A stretch of 64,000 nucleotides of DNA from Patescibacteria group bacterium (GTDB lineage Bacteria > Patescibacteriota > Patescibacteriia > JAHIZJ01). The notes beneath the pieces are model-generated. The model had not been told where the DNA came from and searched no databases. It was given only the letters and a program-made list of their open reading frames with translations. Each line of letters begins with the position of its first letter. Positions within the stretch are counted from its first letter, which is position 1. A program made the translations under genes and the position numbers. The stretch spans positions 163,714-227,713 of the forward strand of contig JAQTMH010000002.1 of assembly GCA_028714495.1 (NCBI GenBank). The letters are read 5' to 3'. This document shows, one piece after another, positions 19,967 to 28,962 of this stretch.

Positions 19967-20893
19967 TTATTCCCACCGATTCAAGTACACCTGAGCGGAA
20001 AGAAGTGCCGTTGCTCCTTGACCAACCGCTATAGTAATCTGTTTATAAGGTATATTGACCACATCTCCGGCGGCGAAAAACCCCGATATTTTTGTTTCCA
20101 TTCGGGTGTTCACCTCGATAAAACCCCCTTTGTCTAGGACACCCAAATTTTTTACCATCTCAGTGTTTGGAATTATTCCGGCGTGGATAAAAACGCCCTG
20201 GGTGGCAACCGTTTTTTTCTTATTCGTAACCTTATCCAGATATTCAACGCCAGTGACCGATTGATCACCCAGGATTTTGGTGGTTTGGGCGTTGCTGATC
20301 AATTCGACATTGGATAGATTTTTGATTTTTTCAATATAGACCCTTTCGCCCCGAAATTCCGAATTGCAATTAATCGAATATACTTTCTTGGCCAAACCGG
20401 CCAGCATGAGAATCGATTCTAGCGCGACATTGCCTCCGCCAATCGTTGTGACAACTTTATCACGATATAAAGGACCGTCGCAGGTTGAACAGTAGGATAG
20501 GCCTTTCAGATAGAGTTCTTTTTCGCCGGGCACGCCCAGAGGTCTGGGTCTCGCGCCAGTAGCCAGGATGATAGCCTTGGCCTCATAAGTCTTTGGCTGG
20601 TTATTTTCGTCTGTCGCGGCGACGATAAACGTCTTACCCGATAAGGTTACGTCTTTAACAGTAACGCCCATCTCAAAATCAATCCGGTTAAACTTTATTT
20701 GATCGGCAAACTTCTGGGCCAGTTCGAATCCGTGGATTTCATTGAAACCCGGATAATTCCCAATTTCGCCAGAATTGGCGACTTCTCCGCCAAGATCTTT
20801 GGCGATTACCTTAAAATTCATTTTGGCTCGAGCCGCGTAAATCGCGGCGGCTGAACCGGCAGCCACCCCGCCGATGATTAATAAATCTAACAT
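19967..20893 (-). CDS. trxB: Thioredoxin-disulfide reductase
   Basis: FAD motif LIIGGVAAGSAAAIYAARA, the redox CxxC motif CSTCDG, an NAD(P) motif GGGNVALE, and GDV near the C-terminus. Confidence 0.85.
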   Translation of the reverse strand: MLDLLIIGGVAAGSAAAIYAARAKMNFKVIAKDLGGEVANSGEIGNYPGFNEIHGFELAQKFADQIKFNRIDFEMGVTVKDVTLSGKTFIVAATDENNQPKTYEAKAIILATGARPRPLGVPGEKELYLKGLSYCSTCDGPLYRDKVVTTIGGGNVALESILMLAGLAKKVYSINCNSEFRGERVYIEKIKNLSNVELISNAQTTKILGDQSVTGVEYLDKVTNKKKTVATQGVFIHAGIIPNTEMVKNLGVLDKGGFIEVNTRMETKISGFFAAGDVVNIPYKQITIAVGQGATALLSAQVYLNRWE

Positions 20894-20914
20894 AATATGT
20901 TTCTTAGAAATTTT

Positions 20915-20988
20915 TGGCTGGGAGAGTAGGATTCGAACCTACGTTAGTGGAGCCAGAGTCCACTGTCCTACCACTAGACGATCTCCCA
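20915..20988 (-). tRNA. tRNA-Gln (anticodon CUG)
   Basis: The reverse complement folds into a cloverleaf. Acceptor TGGGAGA/TCTCCCA, D-stem GTCT/GGAC, anticodon stem GTGGA/TCCAC with loop CTCTGGC, T-arm GTAGGTTCGAATCCTAC, discriminator G and an encoded CCA. Confidence 0.8.
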
Positions 20989-21066
20989 ATGATATTTTTA
21001 AACGCTCTCGCTAGAGAGCCTCCTTCATTATTAATTATTAATTCTCAATTCTTAATTGCGCTCTTC

Positions 21067-22602
21067 TTACCCTACCACCTTCCCTCCAAACGTTTCCAAA
21101 ATCGGATTGAGCTCGCTGGAATCGTCCTCGCTTGAATCGCCAGCTGCGATATCGCCTATCACCGCCTCAATTTTTATCTCTTCGCCAAATACCTCGGACA
21201 GAACCTGCTCGATGTTTTTACGGGTGGTCTGCTGTTTCAAACGATTGATGTGAATAGCGTAGGGGCAGCGGAGAGTCAGAGTGTGGCCGGAAAGCTCGCA
21301 GGGTTCAGACAGTTTAAAGACCAGGGCAAGTGAAGGATTGGCTTCACTAAAACGTTTCTTAACCTCGCTCCACTGACCACGAATATCTTCCAGAGTTATC
21401 TTCAAGCTGTTATTTTTCTTAAGCGGAGCCGTTTTTGGCGGTTCTTTAGCAGCCGAACTAGAGCCGGTCGGGGCAACTGGGGGTTCAGGCGGCCTGGCCG
21501 ATGGCTCGGTTTCACAAATCTCGACAATCGCCAGTTCCAGTGGCAACTGCGGAATGTCGGAGTATTTGATATCCCTTTCTTTCTCTAAAAACAGATTGAT
21601 GGCTTTAACCAAGCGTTCAAGCTCAATCTCTTTAGCCTGGTCAATTGTTGATTTCTCCATTTCTTGAGTTAATTCCAGCGAAGAGAAAATATCCAGGCGC
21701 CCGTTAACCTTGATTAGAAGGATCTTGCGCAGAAATTCCACCAGCTCTTTTGAGAACTGCACGAAGTTAACGCCTTCCTGGGCCAGATTATTCACCAGTT
21801 CCAAGGCCCCGCTGGTTTTCCGACTGGCTAAGTAGTCGAAGAGCTTGGCCGCCGCTTCCAAATTTGAACGAGGTAAAACCAAATCAGCCATTTCAGCCGT
21901 GATCTTTTTTCCGCCGAGGGTGAGAATCTGACCGAGGAGACTCTCGGCATCCCTTGATGACCCTTCAGCCCGGCGCGCGATCGTCTGCAGAATGCTTTCG
22001 TCAACCTTAACCCCTTCCTTGTCGATAACAAACTTCAACCGCTTCAAAAGATCCGCCTGGTTTATTTTCTTGAAATCAAAGCGCTGGCAACGGGAAATTA
22101 TCGTCTCCGGCAACCGGTGGATCTCAGTGGTGCAAAGGATAAAAACCGCGTAGTCCGGAGGTTCTTCCAGGGTCTTGAGCAGGGCGTTGAAGGCCGAGAG
22201 AGAAAGCATATGCACCTCGTCGATAATAAATACCTTATACTTCCAGCGGCTGGGGGTAAACCGGGCATTTTCAATAATATTGTCCCTGACATTGTCAACG
22301 CCGGTGTGTGAGGCCGCGTCAATTTCAATCAAATCAAGCGATCGACCGCCAGTGATGTCTTTGCAGGAATCACATTTATTACATGGCTCGCTTTCGCTGG
22401 GTTTCCGTTTTTGGCAATTAATCGCCTTAGCAAAAATTCGGGCGGTCGTGGTCTTGCCAATGCCCCGTGGCCCGGCAAAAAGGTAAGCATGGGCAATCCG
22501 GCTGGTTAGTATTTCATTTTCCAGCGTGATTTTGATATGATTCTGCCCCATTATTTCTCCGAAGGTTTGGGGCCGATATTTTCTGTAGATAGTGTGTGAC
22601 AT
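21067..22602 (-). CDS. dnaX: DNA polymerase III subunit gamma/tau
   Basis: Walker A GPRGIGKTTTARIFAKA, zinc module CxxC...CxxC, DEVHMLS and the SRC/sensor motifs of clamp-loader AAA+. The C-terminal tau region is Pro-rich. Confidence 0.85.
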   Translation of the reverse strand: MSHTIYRKYRPQTFGEIMGQNHIKITLENEILTSRIAHAYLFAGPRGIGKTTTARIFAKAINCQKRKPSESEPCNKCDSCKDITGGRSLDLIEIDAASHTGVDNVRDNIIENARFTPSRWKYKVFIIDEVHMLSLSAFNALLKTLEEPPDYAVFILCTTEIHRLPETIISRCQRFDFKKINQADLLKRLKFVIDKEGVKVDESILQTIARRAEGSSRDAESLLGQILTLGGKKITAEMADLVLPRSNLEAAAKLFDYLASRKTSGALELVNNLAQEGVNFVQFSKELVEFLRKILLIKVNGRLDIFSSLELTQEMEKSTIDQAKEIELERLVKAINLFLEKERDIKYSDIPQLPLELAIVEICETEPSARPPEPPVAPTGSSSAAKEPPKTAPLKKNNSLKITLEDIRGQWSEVKKRFSEANPSLALVFKLSEPCELSGHTLTLRCPYAIHINRLKQQTTRKNIEQVLSEVFGEEIKIEAVIGDIAAGDSSEDDSSELNPILETFGGKVVG

Positions 22603-22747
22603 AGTTTGTTTGTTCTTCTTTTGTATCTTACCAGGGTCTCATTAATTAGGCAAAGGCGGCATGTTTCGATAACAAATAGCACCTGCTGGACGGTGACCGG
22701 GTGCCAACTTTAAAATAAAAACCATTTCTTTACCCAATAAACACTTT

Positions 22748-23359
22748 CTAGGTTAGGTCCTCGATCTTTTCCGGAGCGGGCGATGCCGCATCTGGTTCGT
22801 TGTTTTTCACGGTCTGGGCGATCCCACCCTTTTTTATGATATTTTCAACCGCCGCCCACTTACTATCTTTATCCTTCGGAATCAAAATAACCACTTCGTC
22901 GCCCGGCTCACCCTTAAAATAGGTAATGCTGGCCAGCAATACCTTATAGCTTCTGTTGTTAGCCAGAACCCGATATTCGCTGGTCTGCTCGTCCCGGGTT
23001 AAGACTCCGACCAGCCTTTGGCGTTCCGCTGGACCGATTTGCTTATAGATAAATGAACCGTCCGGCGTGATGGTCAACTTCAGGGTATCTCCTTCAACCA
23101 GTTTCGATTTCGAAGCATAGTTGGCCGGGACCGAGTACTGTTTGCCGTCCGGTCCGTTCATGTTCTGACCGTCGAATTGGCCCTCAATAATTTTTCCCTC
23201 TGGACCATCGGTCACTTTGCCCTCCACCGGTTCACTAATTGAAACCTCGGTGAGGTCTTTTCCACCCAGTTCAACAAGTAATTGTCGAGCGACTTGGATA
23301 TTTGTTTGGGCGTTTTCCAGGGCTTCTTTTATTTTTATGAGTTTTGGTATCTCGGTCAT
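22748..23359 (-). CDS. Hypothetical protein
   Basis: 203-aa ORF upstream of dnaX with no recognisable motif. A helical N-terminus is followed by a beta-rich region. Confidence 0.4.
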   Translation of the reverse strand: MTEIPKLIKIKEALENAQTNIQVARQLLVELGGKDLTEVSISEPVEGKVTDGPEGKIIEGQFDGQNMNGPDGKQYSVPANYASKSKLVEGDTLKLTITPDGSFIYKQIGPAERQRLVGVLTRDEQTSEYRVLANNRSYKVLLASITYFKGEPGDEVVILIPKDKDSKWAAVENIIKKGGIAQTVKNNEPDAASPAPEKIEDLT

Positions 23360-23454
23360 ATTTTTGTAATTTATTGGTTATTTATTGTGTTTGTTTAACT
23401 TTTGTATCTAGAAACTAGTATATCATATCAATGATTTGAGTCAATTAAAATTTT

Positions 23455-24009
23455 TCATTTGTTGCCAATTTTTCTAACCGGTTTGTTGTAGAGATAGATG
23501 GCGTTTGAATTCGACTCTGGTTTGCTCACTGCCACGGGCTGGCTGTCAGGCAGAGAAAAACTGTAAGAAACGAAACGGCTTCCCGGCCGCAGTTCTTTGG
23601 CCACCTTTGGTTTCAACTTGCGCATCGCCCAGGGAGTTAAAAAACAGACAATCACGTCAGCCGGACCAAAGTCCTCCCGAAAGAAATTACGATAGCGAAT
23701 CTTGATTCGACCCTGGCACCCGCTTAGCCAGACATTCAGAATTGACCAGAGCCAGTGAAAAAAGGAGATTTCAAAACCCACGCCGCGAGCGCCGTATTGC
23801 TTCGCCGCATTTATGAGTAAGCGTCCGTCCCCGGAACCCAGATCATAGACCAATTCGTCTCTTTGAATACTGGCTAAATCAAGAAGTCGCTTCAGGTCTT
23901 TTTTCCGGGTCGGCAGCCAAGGCGCGGCCAGCACCCCAGCCAAGAGCGCCGTGCCAAAAAAGAGCACCAACCCTATCAGAATCAATAAAAAAATAAGAGT
24001 ATTGGACAT
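23455..24009 (-). CDS. Class I SAM-dependent methyltransferase with an N-terminal TM helix
   Basis: Motif I VYDLGSGDGRLLINAAKQYGARGVGFEIS is preceded by a hydrophobic N-terminal helix. Confidence 0.6.
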   Translation of the reverse strand: MSNTLIFLLILIGLVLFFGTALLAGVLAAPWLPTRKKDLKRLLDLASIQRDELVYDLGSGDGRLLINAAKQYGARGVGFEISFFHWLWSILNVWLSGCQGRIKIRYRNFFREDFGPADVIVCFLTPWAMRKLKPKVAKELRPGSRFVSYSFSLPDSQPVAVSKPESNSNAIYLYNKPVRKIGNK

Positions 24010-24039
24010 GCTCTCAGTATAACTTAAATCTTAAGAAAA

Positions 24040-26592
24040 CTACATCTTGGAAGCCGCGCCAAGATTATTATCGGCTTGGGATGTCGGCGAGCCTAAACGG
24101 CTGCGCTCGATAATTTCCGCCTCGACCGCACGGCGCTCGCGGCCGTATTTGGTACGACATAGTTCCTTAATTTTCTGAGATAGCTCTTTATTGCCCGGCT
24201 GGGGCGGGAAGGGCTGGAAATTGAAAGCTCGGGAAGACTGATTGTCTATCAAAAGTCTAGCGTAGGCATTATATTTTTCGATATTAAGCACGTCGTATTC
24301 ATTAAACACCGGAGCGAACATCTTCGATACCATTTCAGCGTCCTCTACTCCAATCTTGAAGGCGACCACTGTGCCGGCATTGCCCAGGACCGCATCCCGG
24401 ATCTTCGCATCCTGACCTTGAACCAGCTGGCTGATGTATTGATGGGCAATAATCAGATTCAGGCGGTACTTCCTCGCCTCTGACAATATCGTAGCCACGC
24501 TGTCAGTCACGAAGTTTTGGAATTCGTCAATGTAGAGGTAGAAATCCGGCCGTTGATTTTGAGGCAGGCTGGCTCGCGATAAAGCCGCCATTTGGAGTTT
24601 TGAAACAATGATCAAACCAAGCAGCGAACTATTAACTTCGCCGGTCTTGCCTTTGGATAAATTAACCAGCAAAATTTTGCGGTTGTTCATTATGTCCTTG
24701 AAGTCAAAACCGGATTTTGATTGACCAATGATATTCCGCATCATTTCGTTTTCGACAAATCGGCCGACCTTCGAGATAAGATAACCCAACATTTCTGATT
24801 TATGAAAATCGGTAGTCTTGGCCATTTCCTTTTCCCAGAACGAGCGGACCACCGGATCGGTAACTTTGCTGAGTTTGAATTTTTGGTACTCGGGATCAGT
24901 GAACATCCGCGGAATTTCGACAATCGTGCCTGGCTTCTCCCGGTCAGCCATTAAAGTCAACATGACATTGCGCATATTATGTTCAAACATCGGTCCGATC
25001 ATCTCCGGCGGGAAAAGCTTATAAAAGATGGCAATCATCTCCTGGACCGTAAAATCGCGCTCCTCAGGACTGTCAGCCTCAAGCATATTCAGGCCGACTG
25101 GCCGTTCCATGTCAGAGGGGTTGAAAATTATCACGTCGTTTATCCGGCTTTCCGGAATATGGCCCAAGATGTCTTCAATCAAATCGCCGTGCGGGTCGAT
25201 AACGCAAACGCCTTCGCCGTTTTGAATGTCTTGAATCGCCATGTTGGACATCAGCACCGATTTGCCGACGCCCGATTTACCGATGATGTAAATGTGGCGT
25301 CGGCGGTCATCCGGCTTGATGCGCACCATTACCTTCTGTCCTCGGTAGAAGCTTTCGCCCAGGATCAGTCCCTCAGCCGGCAGATTCACGGGCGGCGCTG
25401 AACGCTTCGCCACAGCCCAGCGGATATTCGGCGTCTCGGTGTTTGATAAGGGTAGGTGGAATATGCTAGCCAGCTCCTCGGTATTAAGAATGAATTTGGC
25501 TCGGCTGCGGAAATAGCGATAGATGGAGTCCTTTATAAAACGGCTCTTGCGCAGAACCTTGACTCGACGGAATCTGTTGCCTGCTTCAGGTAAGCTGTAT
25601 TGCGAAAAAGTATTAATAATGTTTTCCATGAAAAGCTGCGCCCGGGAATCGTCCTGAGCCGACACGATCACTCGGATATTTGTCTCAAAGCCCAGTTTGT
25701 TTGCCTTTTCCCCAACCGCCTTGACCTTTTCCTCTTCCATCGGCGACATCCGATACATCCGTTCTCTATCAAACGATTTTTGGGCGTCGGCTTTTGATGA
25801 AAAAGCGGATTGCATAACGCCGCCCATGGCTCCGCCCACGCCGCCTGCCTTGCCTCTCCCCTTGATTATCCGGCGGCAGTATTCCTGCGCGCTAGACTGC
25901 CAATTCTTAGCCGCCGGCCGGATAAGGATCTGGATCGCCGCCCCCTCGGGCGCCTGGATCTTGCTCAGAACATTGGTTACGGCAAACATCGGATCGGTTT
26001 CCATCTTGAGATAGGTGCGGATCGGAAACATGTTCGGCTTGGTCAGCTTAAGATAGTTGCAGCGGATCACTCCTTGGGGCGAAAAAATATTGTAATCCTC
26101 CACCTCTTCAATTTCCGCGTCCGGGTATTGGGCGTGGATCAACTGTTCCACAAACTGTTGATATTTACGCGGCACGGCGAAATAAAAAGTAATAACGCCC
26201 TGAACCGCCACAATTTCAACCGCGATATGGTCCTGCCGGCCGAAAAGCAACCGGGAATAAAATTTCTGCTGGCGGACAATTCCTCCGAAATTGGAGTAAA
26301 GGTATTCGGCCACGGCCATCAGCTCTTTGATACCGCCCTGCGGCTTTTCCGATTTCTGGTCAAGCTCCAGATGTTCCTTAGGCACCGTCACCATCAGAAC
26401 AACCCGCTGAAAAGCCGCTGGTAATCTGTTGGCACTGATTAATACTTTTCGAATTATAAAAAAGGCGATGACAATCACCGCAACGGCTCCAAAGATCATG
26501 GCCAGCAATATAAAAAGATCGCTTACCGTCTCGGGTTCCGGTGTCGCTACATTTACCGTGGCTGGCAAAGTAACAAACATATCCAAAATCAT
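24040..26592 (-). CDS. TrwB/VirD4/TraD-like type IV coupling protein (T4CP) family ATPase with a TM anchor and a pre-ATPase extension of about 390 aa
   Basis: Walker A IIGKSGVGKSVLMS followed by VCVIDPHGDL (compare TrwB GKS...VDPNGD). Walker B YIDEFQNF, then ARKYRLNLIIAHQYISQL (the T4CP RK..Q motif). There is an N-terminal TM helix. Confidence 0.6.
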   Translation of the reverse strand: MILDMFVTLPATVNVATPEPETVSDLFILLAMIFGAVAVIVIAFFIIRKVLISANRLPAAFQRVVLMVTVPKEHLELDQKSEKPQGGIKELMAVAEYLYSNFGGIVRQQKFYSRLLFGRQDHIAVEIVAVQGVITFYFAVPRKYQQFVEQLIHAQYPDAEIEEVEDYNIFSPQGVIRCNYLKLTKPNMFPIRTYLKMETDPMFAVTNVLSKIQAPEGAAIQILIRPAAKNWQSSAQEYCRRIIKGRGKAGGVGGAMGGVMQSAFSSKADAQKSFDRERMYRMSPMEEEKVKAVGEKANKLGFETNIRVIVSAQDDSRAQLFMENIINTFSQYSLPEAGNRFRRVKVLRKSRFIKDSIYRYFRSRAKFILNTEELASIFHLPLSNTETPNIRWAVAKRSAPPVNLPAEGLILGESFYRGQKVMVRIKPDDRRRHIYIIGKSGVGKSVLMSNMAIQDIQNGEGVCVIDPHGDLIEDILGHIPESRINDVIIFNPSDMERPVGLNMLEADSPEERDFTVQEMIAIFYKLFPPEMIGPMFEHNMRNVMLTLMADREKPGTIVEIPRMFTDPEYQKFKLSKVTDPVVRSFWEKEMAKTTDFHKSEMLGYLISKVGRFVENEMMRNIIGQSKSGFDFKDIMNNRKILLVNLSKGKTGEVNSSLLGLIIVSKLQMAALSRASLPQNQRPDFYLYIDEFQNFVTDSVATILSEARKYRLNLIIAHQYISQLVQGQDAKIRDAVLGNAGTVVAFKIGVEDAEMVSKMFAPVFNEYDVLNIEKYNAYARLLIDNQSSRAFNFQPFPPQPGNKELSQKIKELCRTKYGRERRAVEAEIIERSRLGSPTSQADNNLGAASKM

Positions 26593-27122
26593 TACTCTTT
26601 TCGTTTCAAAGAGATTATTTTATCGGTTTTAATTTTTGCCTCCTGCTCGAGAAAAAATCTGTTGACGTGAGGGATAAACCTCAGCCATTTTTTAATCAGA
26701 TCAAGCACCTTCTTAATGTTGACCTTAGTGGCTTGAAGCAACAGTTCAATCTTAGTGGCTGTGCGCTCGCCTTCCTTTTTGAAACGCTCGCGGCTTTCAG
26801 CATCCAGGCTTTTGAATACTTCGATCAAGTCCTCGGCCATGATATTTTCAACCGCTTGAAGCGTCTCTGATTTAGCAGGCGCCGCTGAAGTCTGGACAGT
26901 TTTTGGCGGTGGCGCGGTACCTGGCTGTTCTTTGGTTTCTGTTTCACCCCTTTCCTCGATATCCGGTTTTTCGCGCTCGCGCTGGCCTTCTATTCCCTCT
27001 GGCGCTTTTTCAATCTCAACCGTCCGGCTCAAGGCAGTTTCTTGTTCCGGTTTTACCTCCCCAGCTTTTAAAACTGGATTAGGTTCAATTTTTTTCTCTT
27101 CTTCTATTGGAAACTGATTCAT
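26592..27122 (-). CDS. Hypothetical Glu/Lys-rich protein (disordered N-half, helical C-half)
   Basis: 176-aa ORF whose stop overlaps the start of the T4CP-like gene, so the two are probably translationally coupled. Confidence 0.4.
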   Translation of the reverse strand: MNQFPIEEEKKIEPNPVLKAGEVKPEQETALSRTVEIEKAPEGIEGQREREKPDIEERGETETKEQPGTAPPPKTVQTSAAPAKSETLQAVENIMAEDLIEVFKSLDAESRERFKKEGERTATKIELLLQATKVNIKKVLDLIKKWLRFIPHVNRFFLEQEAKIKTDKIISLKRKE

Positions 27123-27186
27123 TCTGTTTATAGTATATCACAAAATTGTCTTTTTGGCAAGGTAAATCTACCGTCTCACAGTGCTC

Positions 27187-27215
27187 TTGACAATAATTAT
27201 TTACTATGCTAATAT
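27187..27215 (+). promoter_or_regulatory. Sigma70-type promoter: TTGACA, 17-nt spacer, TAATAT
   Basis: Consensus -35 (27187-27192) and near-consensus -10 (27210-27215), with an AGGAGGG SD at 27277-27283, upstream of the 27292 lipoprotein gene. Confidence 0.4.
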
Positions 27216-27291
27216 TGCGAGTTCTGTGGTCTGGAAAAGGAGTATCGATCAGCCATAATGGCTGTAGGGTTCTAGAAGGAGGGCTGGTTCG

Positions 27292-27861
27292 ATGAAAGCT
27301 TCGTCGCTCTTTTTTGCTTGCATGGTCTGCGTCCTGGCTGGAACCATCTCCGGCTGCACTGTCATCCGGGGCGGACTCTACGTCGGGTTCAATCCGGTGG
27401 GGGCGATCTGCGGTAAAGTCCTGACCATCAAGGATGGTTCAGGCTACCGCTATCTGGGTGACGAGAAGATCAGCACCGATGGCAACACCACAACCTGGGC
27501 GATCTCACAGATTGCCACTTTGGACCGGGGCGTTCACTTCGGCATCAGACCGCGTACGCTGTACGGGATGTACATCTGGCGCGTGGAATGGCGTCAAGCA
27601 GATGGGGAATGGCATCGGATTCGATTCCAGAACTATCAAGCCAACCCCTACGAATTCACTGCGAATCGGAAAGCCATCGGGGCTTGCCAGATCGAGATGC
27701 GCATCATCTACCGGCTGGCAACTGCCACACCAGACTGCATCGACGGCACCGTGATCATCGGCTCCGATGAACCGGAGCACGATATCATTGTGGAGTCGGA
27801 TGTGGTTCACCACTATCTGATTCCAATCACGTTCTTATCGCGGTACTGCGATCTTCGCTGA
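27292..27861 (+). CDS. Secreted lipoprotein (hypothetical), higher GC than its surroundings
   Basis: Signal peptide with lipobox ...AGTISGC. The segment is GC-rich, which also produces many spurious overlapping ORFs in the track. It has its own promoter and terminator and sits on the plus strand among minus-strand genes. Confidence 0.55.
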   Translation: MKASSLFFACMVCVLAGTISGCTVIRGGLYVGFNPVGAICGKVLTIKDGSGYRYLGDEKISTDGNTTTWAISQIATLDRGVHFGIRPRTLYGMYIWRVEWRQADGEWHRIRFQNYQANPYEFTANRKAIGACQIEMRIIYRLATATPDCIDGTVIIGSDEPEHDIIVESDVVHHYLIPITFLSRYCDLR

Positions 27862-27875
27862 CCGCGACACCATGA

Positions 27876-27919
27876 AAGGCGCTCGTGTGGTTTCATCCCC
27901 GCGGCGCCTTCTTCTTTTT
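27876..27919 (+). terminator. Rho-independent terminator candidate
   Basis: GC stem aaggcgc...gcgcctt followed by cttcttttt, immediately after the lipoprotein stop codon. Confidence 0.4.
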
Positions 27920-27947
27920 ACCAAAAGAATTTAATCATCGCGAACCC

Positions 27948-27976
27948 TTGCTATTTTTCAAAAAATGTGCTACAAT
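27948..27976 (+). promoter_or_regulatory. Sigma70-type promoter: TTGCTA, 17-nt spacer, TACAAT
   Basis: Located upstream of the CorA-like gene. The spacing is canonical. Confidence 0.4.
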
Positions 27977-28029
27977 ATAGACATGGAGTAAAACTCTACT
28001 CCAAATCAAAAACAAAAGAAAAACAAACA

Positions 28030-28959
28030 ATGAACGTCAAAACTCTCCAAGTCAAAGACCTGCGTTGGGTTAATGTCGTCAAGCCAACTAACGAAGAAAT
28101 CGAATACCTGCGGAAAAATTTTTCATTTCACCCGCTTGATTTAAACGATTGCCTCTCTTCCCCAGCCCAACGTCCGAATCTGGACAAATACACGGATTAC
28201 ATGTTTATGATCCTCCTCTTCCCGGTTTTCGATCGGAAAACCCGCGAGATTAAACCATCAGAGGTGGATTTTTTTATCGGCAAAGATTATCTGGTGACTG
28301 TTCATCAAGACAATCTGCCGCCTCTAATCGATCTATTCGAGCTTTGTTCAGCCAATGAACAGGCTAAGGATAAATACCTCCAAGAGGGGGTGGAGAAGCT
28401 TCTCTTTACTATTCTTAATTCCCTCTTCCTCTATTGCTACCCGATGCTCGACCATGTCAGTATGGATATTGCCCAGCTTGAGAATAAAATATTTTCTGGC
28501 AATGAAAAGAAGACGGTCCGAGAGATAACGGTTATTCGTCGAAACATCACCAGTTTCCGGCGAATCATGCAGACGCATAAAAATGTCCTGAAAAAGCTGA
28601 CTCGCAGCTACGACAGCAGCGTCTTCAAACTCAACGGCTTAAAACTATATTTCGAACAGCTGATTGAAGATTCAAAAGACATCTGGGATACGCTGCAGGG
28701 ATTTAAAGAAGGGATTGAAACGCTCCAGCAAACCAACGAGTCCTTAATTTCTTTCCGGATAAATGATATCATTAAAACGCTGACCATAATTTCCGCGCTG
28801 GTCCTGCCAGTCTACGTCACGGCGTCAATTTTCGGGCTGATGAAGGGTTATTTCCCGGTCCTGGGCGAAACACATAATTTCTGGCTGCCCCTGGCCCTCT
28901 GTTTCGGCTCAGCCCTCAGTATGTACTGGTTCATGAAAAAAAAGAACATGTTGAAATAA
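28030..28959 (+). CDS. CorA/Mrs2-family-like divalent cation channel with a divergent GMN motif
   Basis: A soluble N-domain is followed by two C-terminal TM helices. The loop reads ASIFGLMKGYFP where CorA has YGMNF. Start chosen at the ATG at 28030. The ORF track begins at 27967, but that stretch overlaps the promoter and terminator. Confidence 0.55.
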   Translation: MNVKTLQVKDLRWVNVVKPTNEEIEYLRKNFSFHPLDLNDCLSSPAQRPNLDKYTDYMFMILLFPVFDRKTREIKPSEVDFFIGKDYLVTVHQDNLPPLIDLFELCSANEQAKDKYLQEGVEKLLFTILNSLFLYCYPMLDHVSMDIAQLENKIFSGNEKKTVREITVIRRNITSFRRIMQTHKNVLKKLTRSYDSSVFKLNGLKLYFEQLIEDSKDIWDTLQGFKEGIETLQQTNESLISFRINDIIKTLTIISALVLPVYVTASIFGLMKGYFPVLGETHNFWLPLALCFGSALSMYWFMKKKNMLK

Positions 28960-28962
28960 ACA

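Noticed and set aside
22603-22750. Looked for an SRP RNA (ffs), which often sits just upstream of dnaX, in the 148-bp spacer.
   Set aside because: Neither strand shows a GGAA tetraloop or the conserved AGCAGG / GGUGCUGUUUACCAGG domain IV motifs. It is probably just a UTR or promoter region.
25810-26424. A 204-aa plus-strand ORF and several other long ORFs antisense to the T4CP-like gene (24979-25401, 25697-26014).
   Set aside because: They are embedded entirely in a well-supported minus-strand gene and have an Arg/His/Leu-rich antisense composition. They are shadow ORFs.
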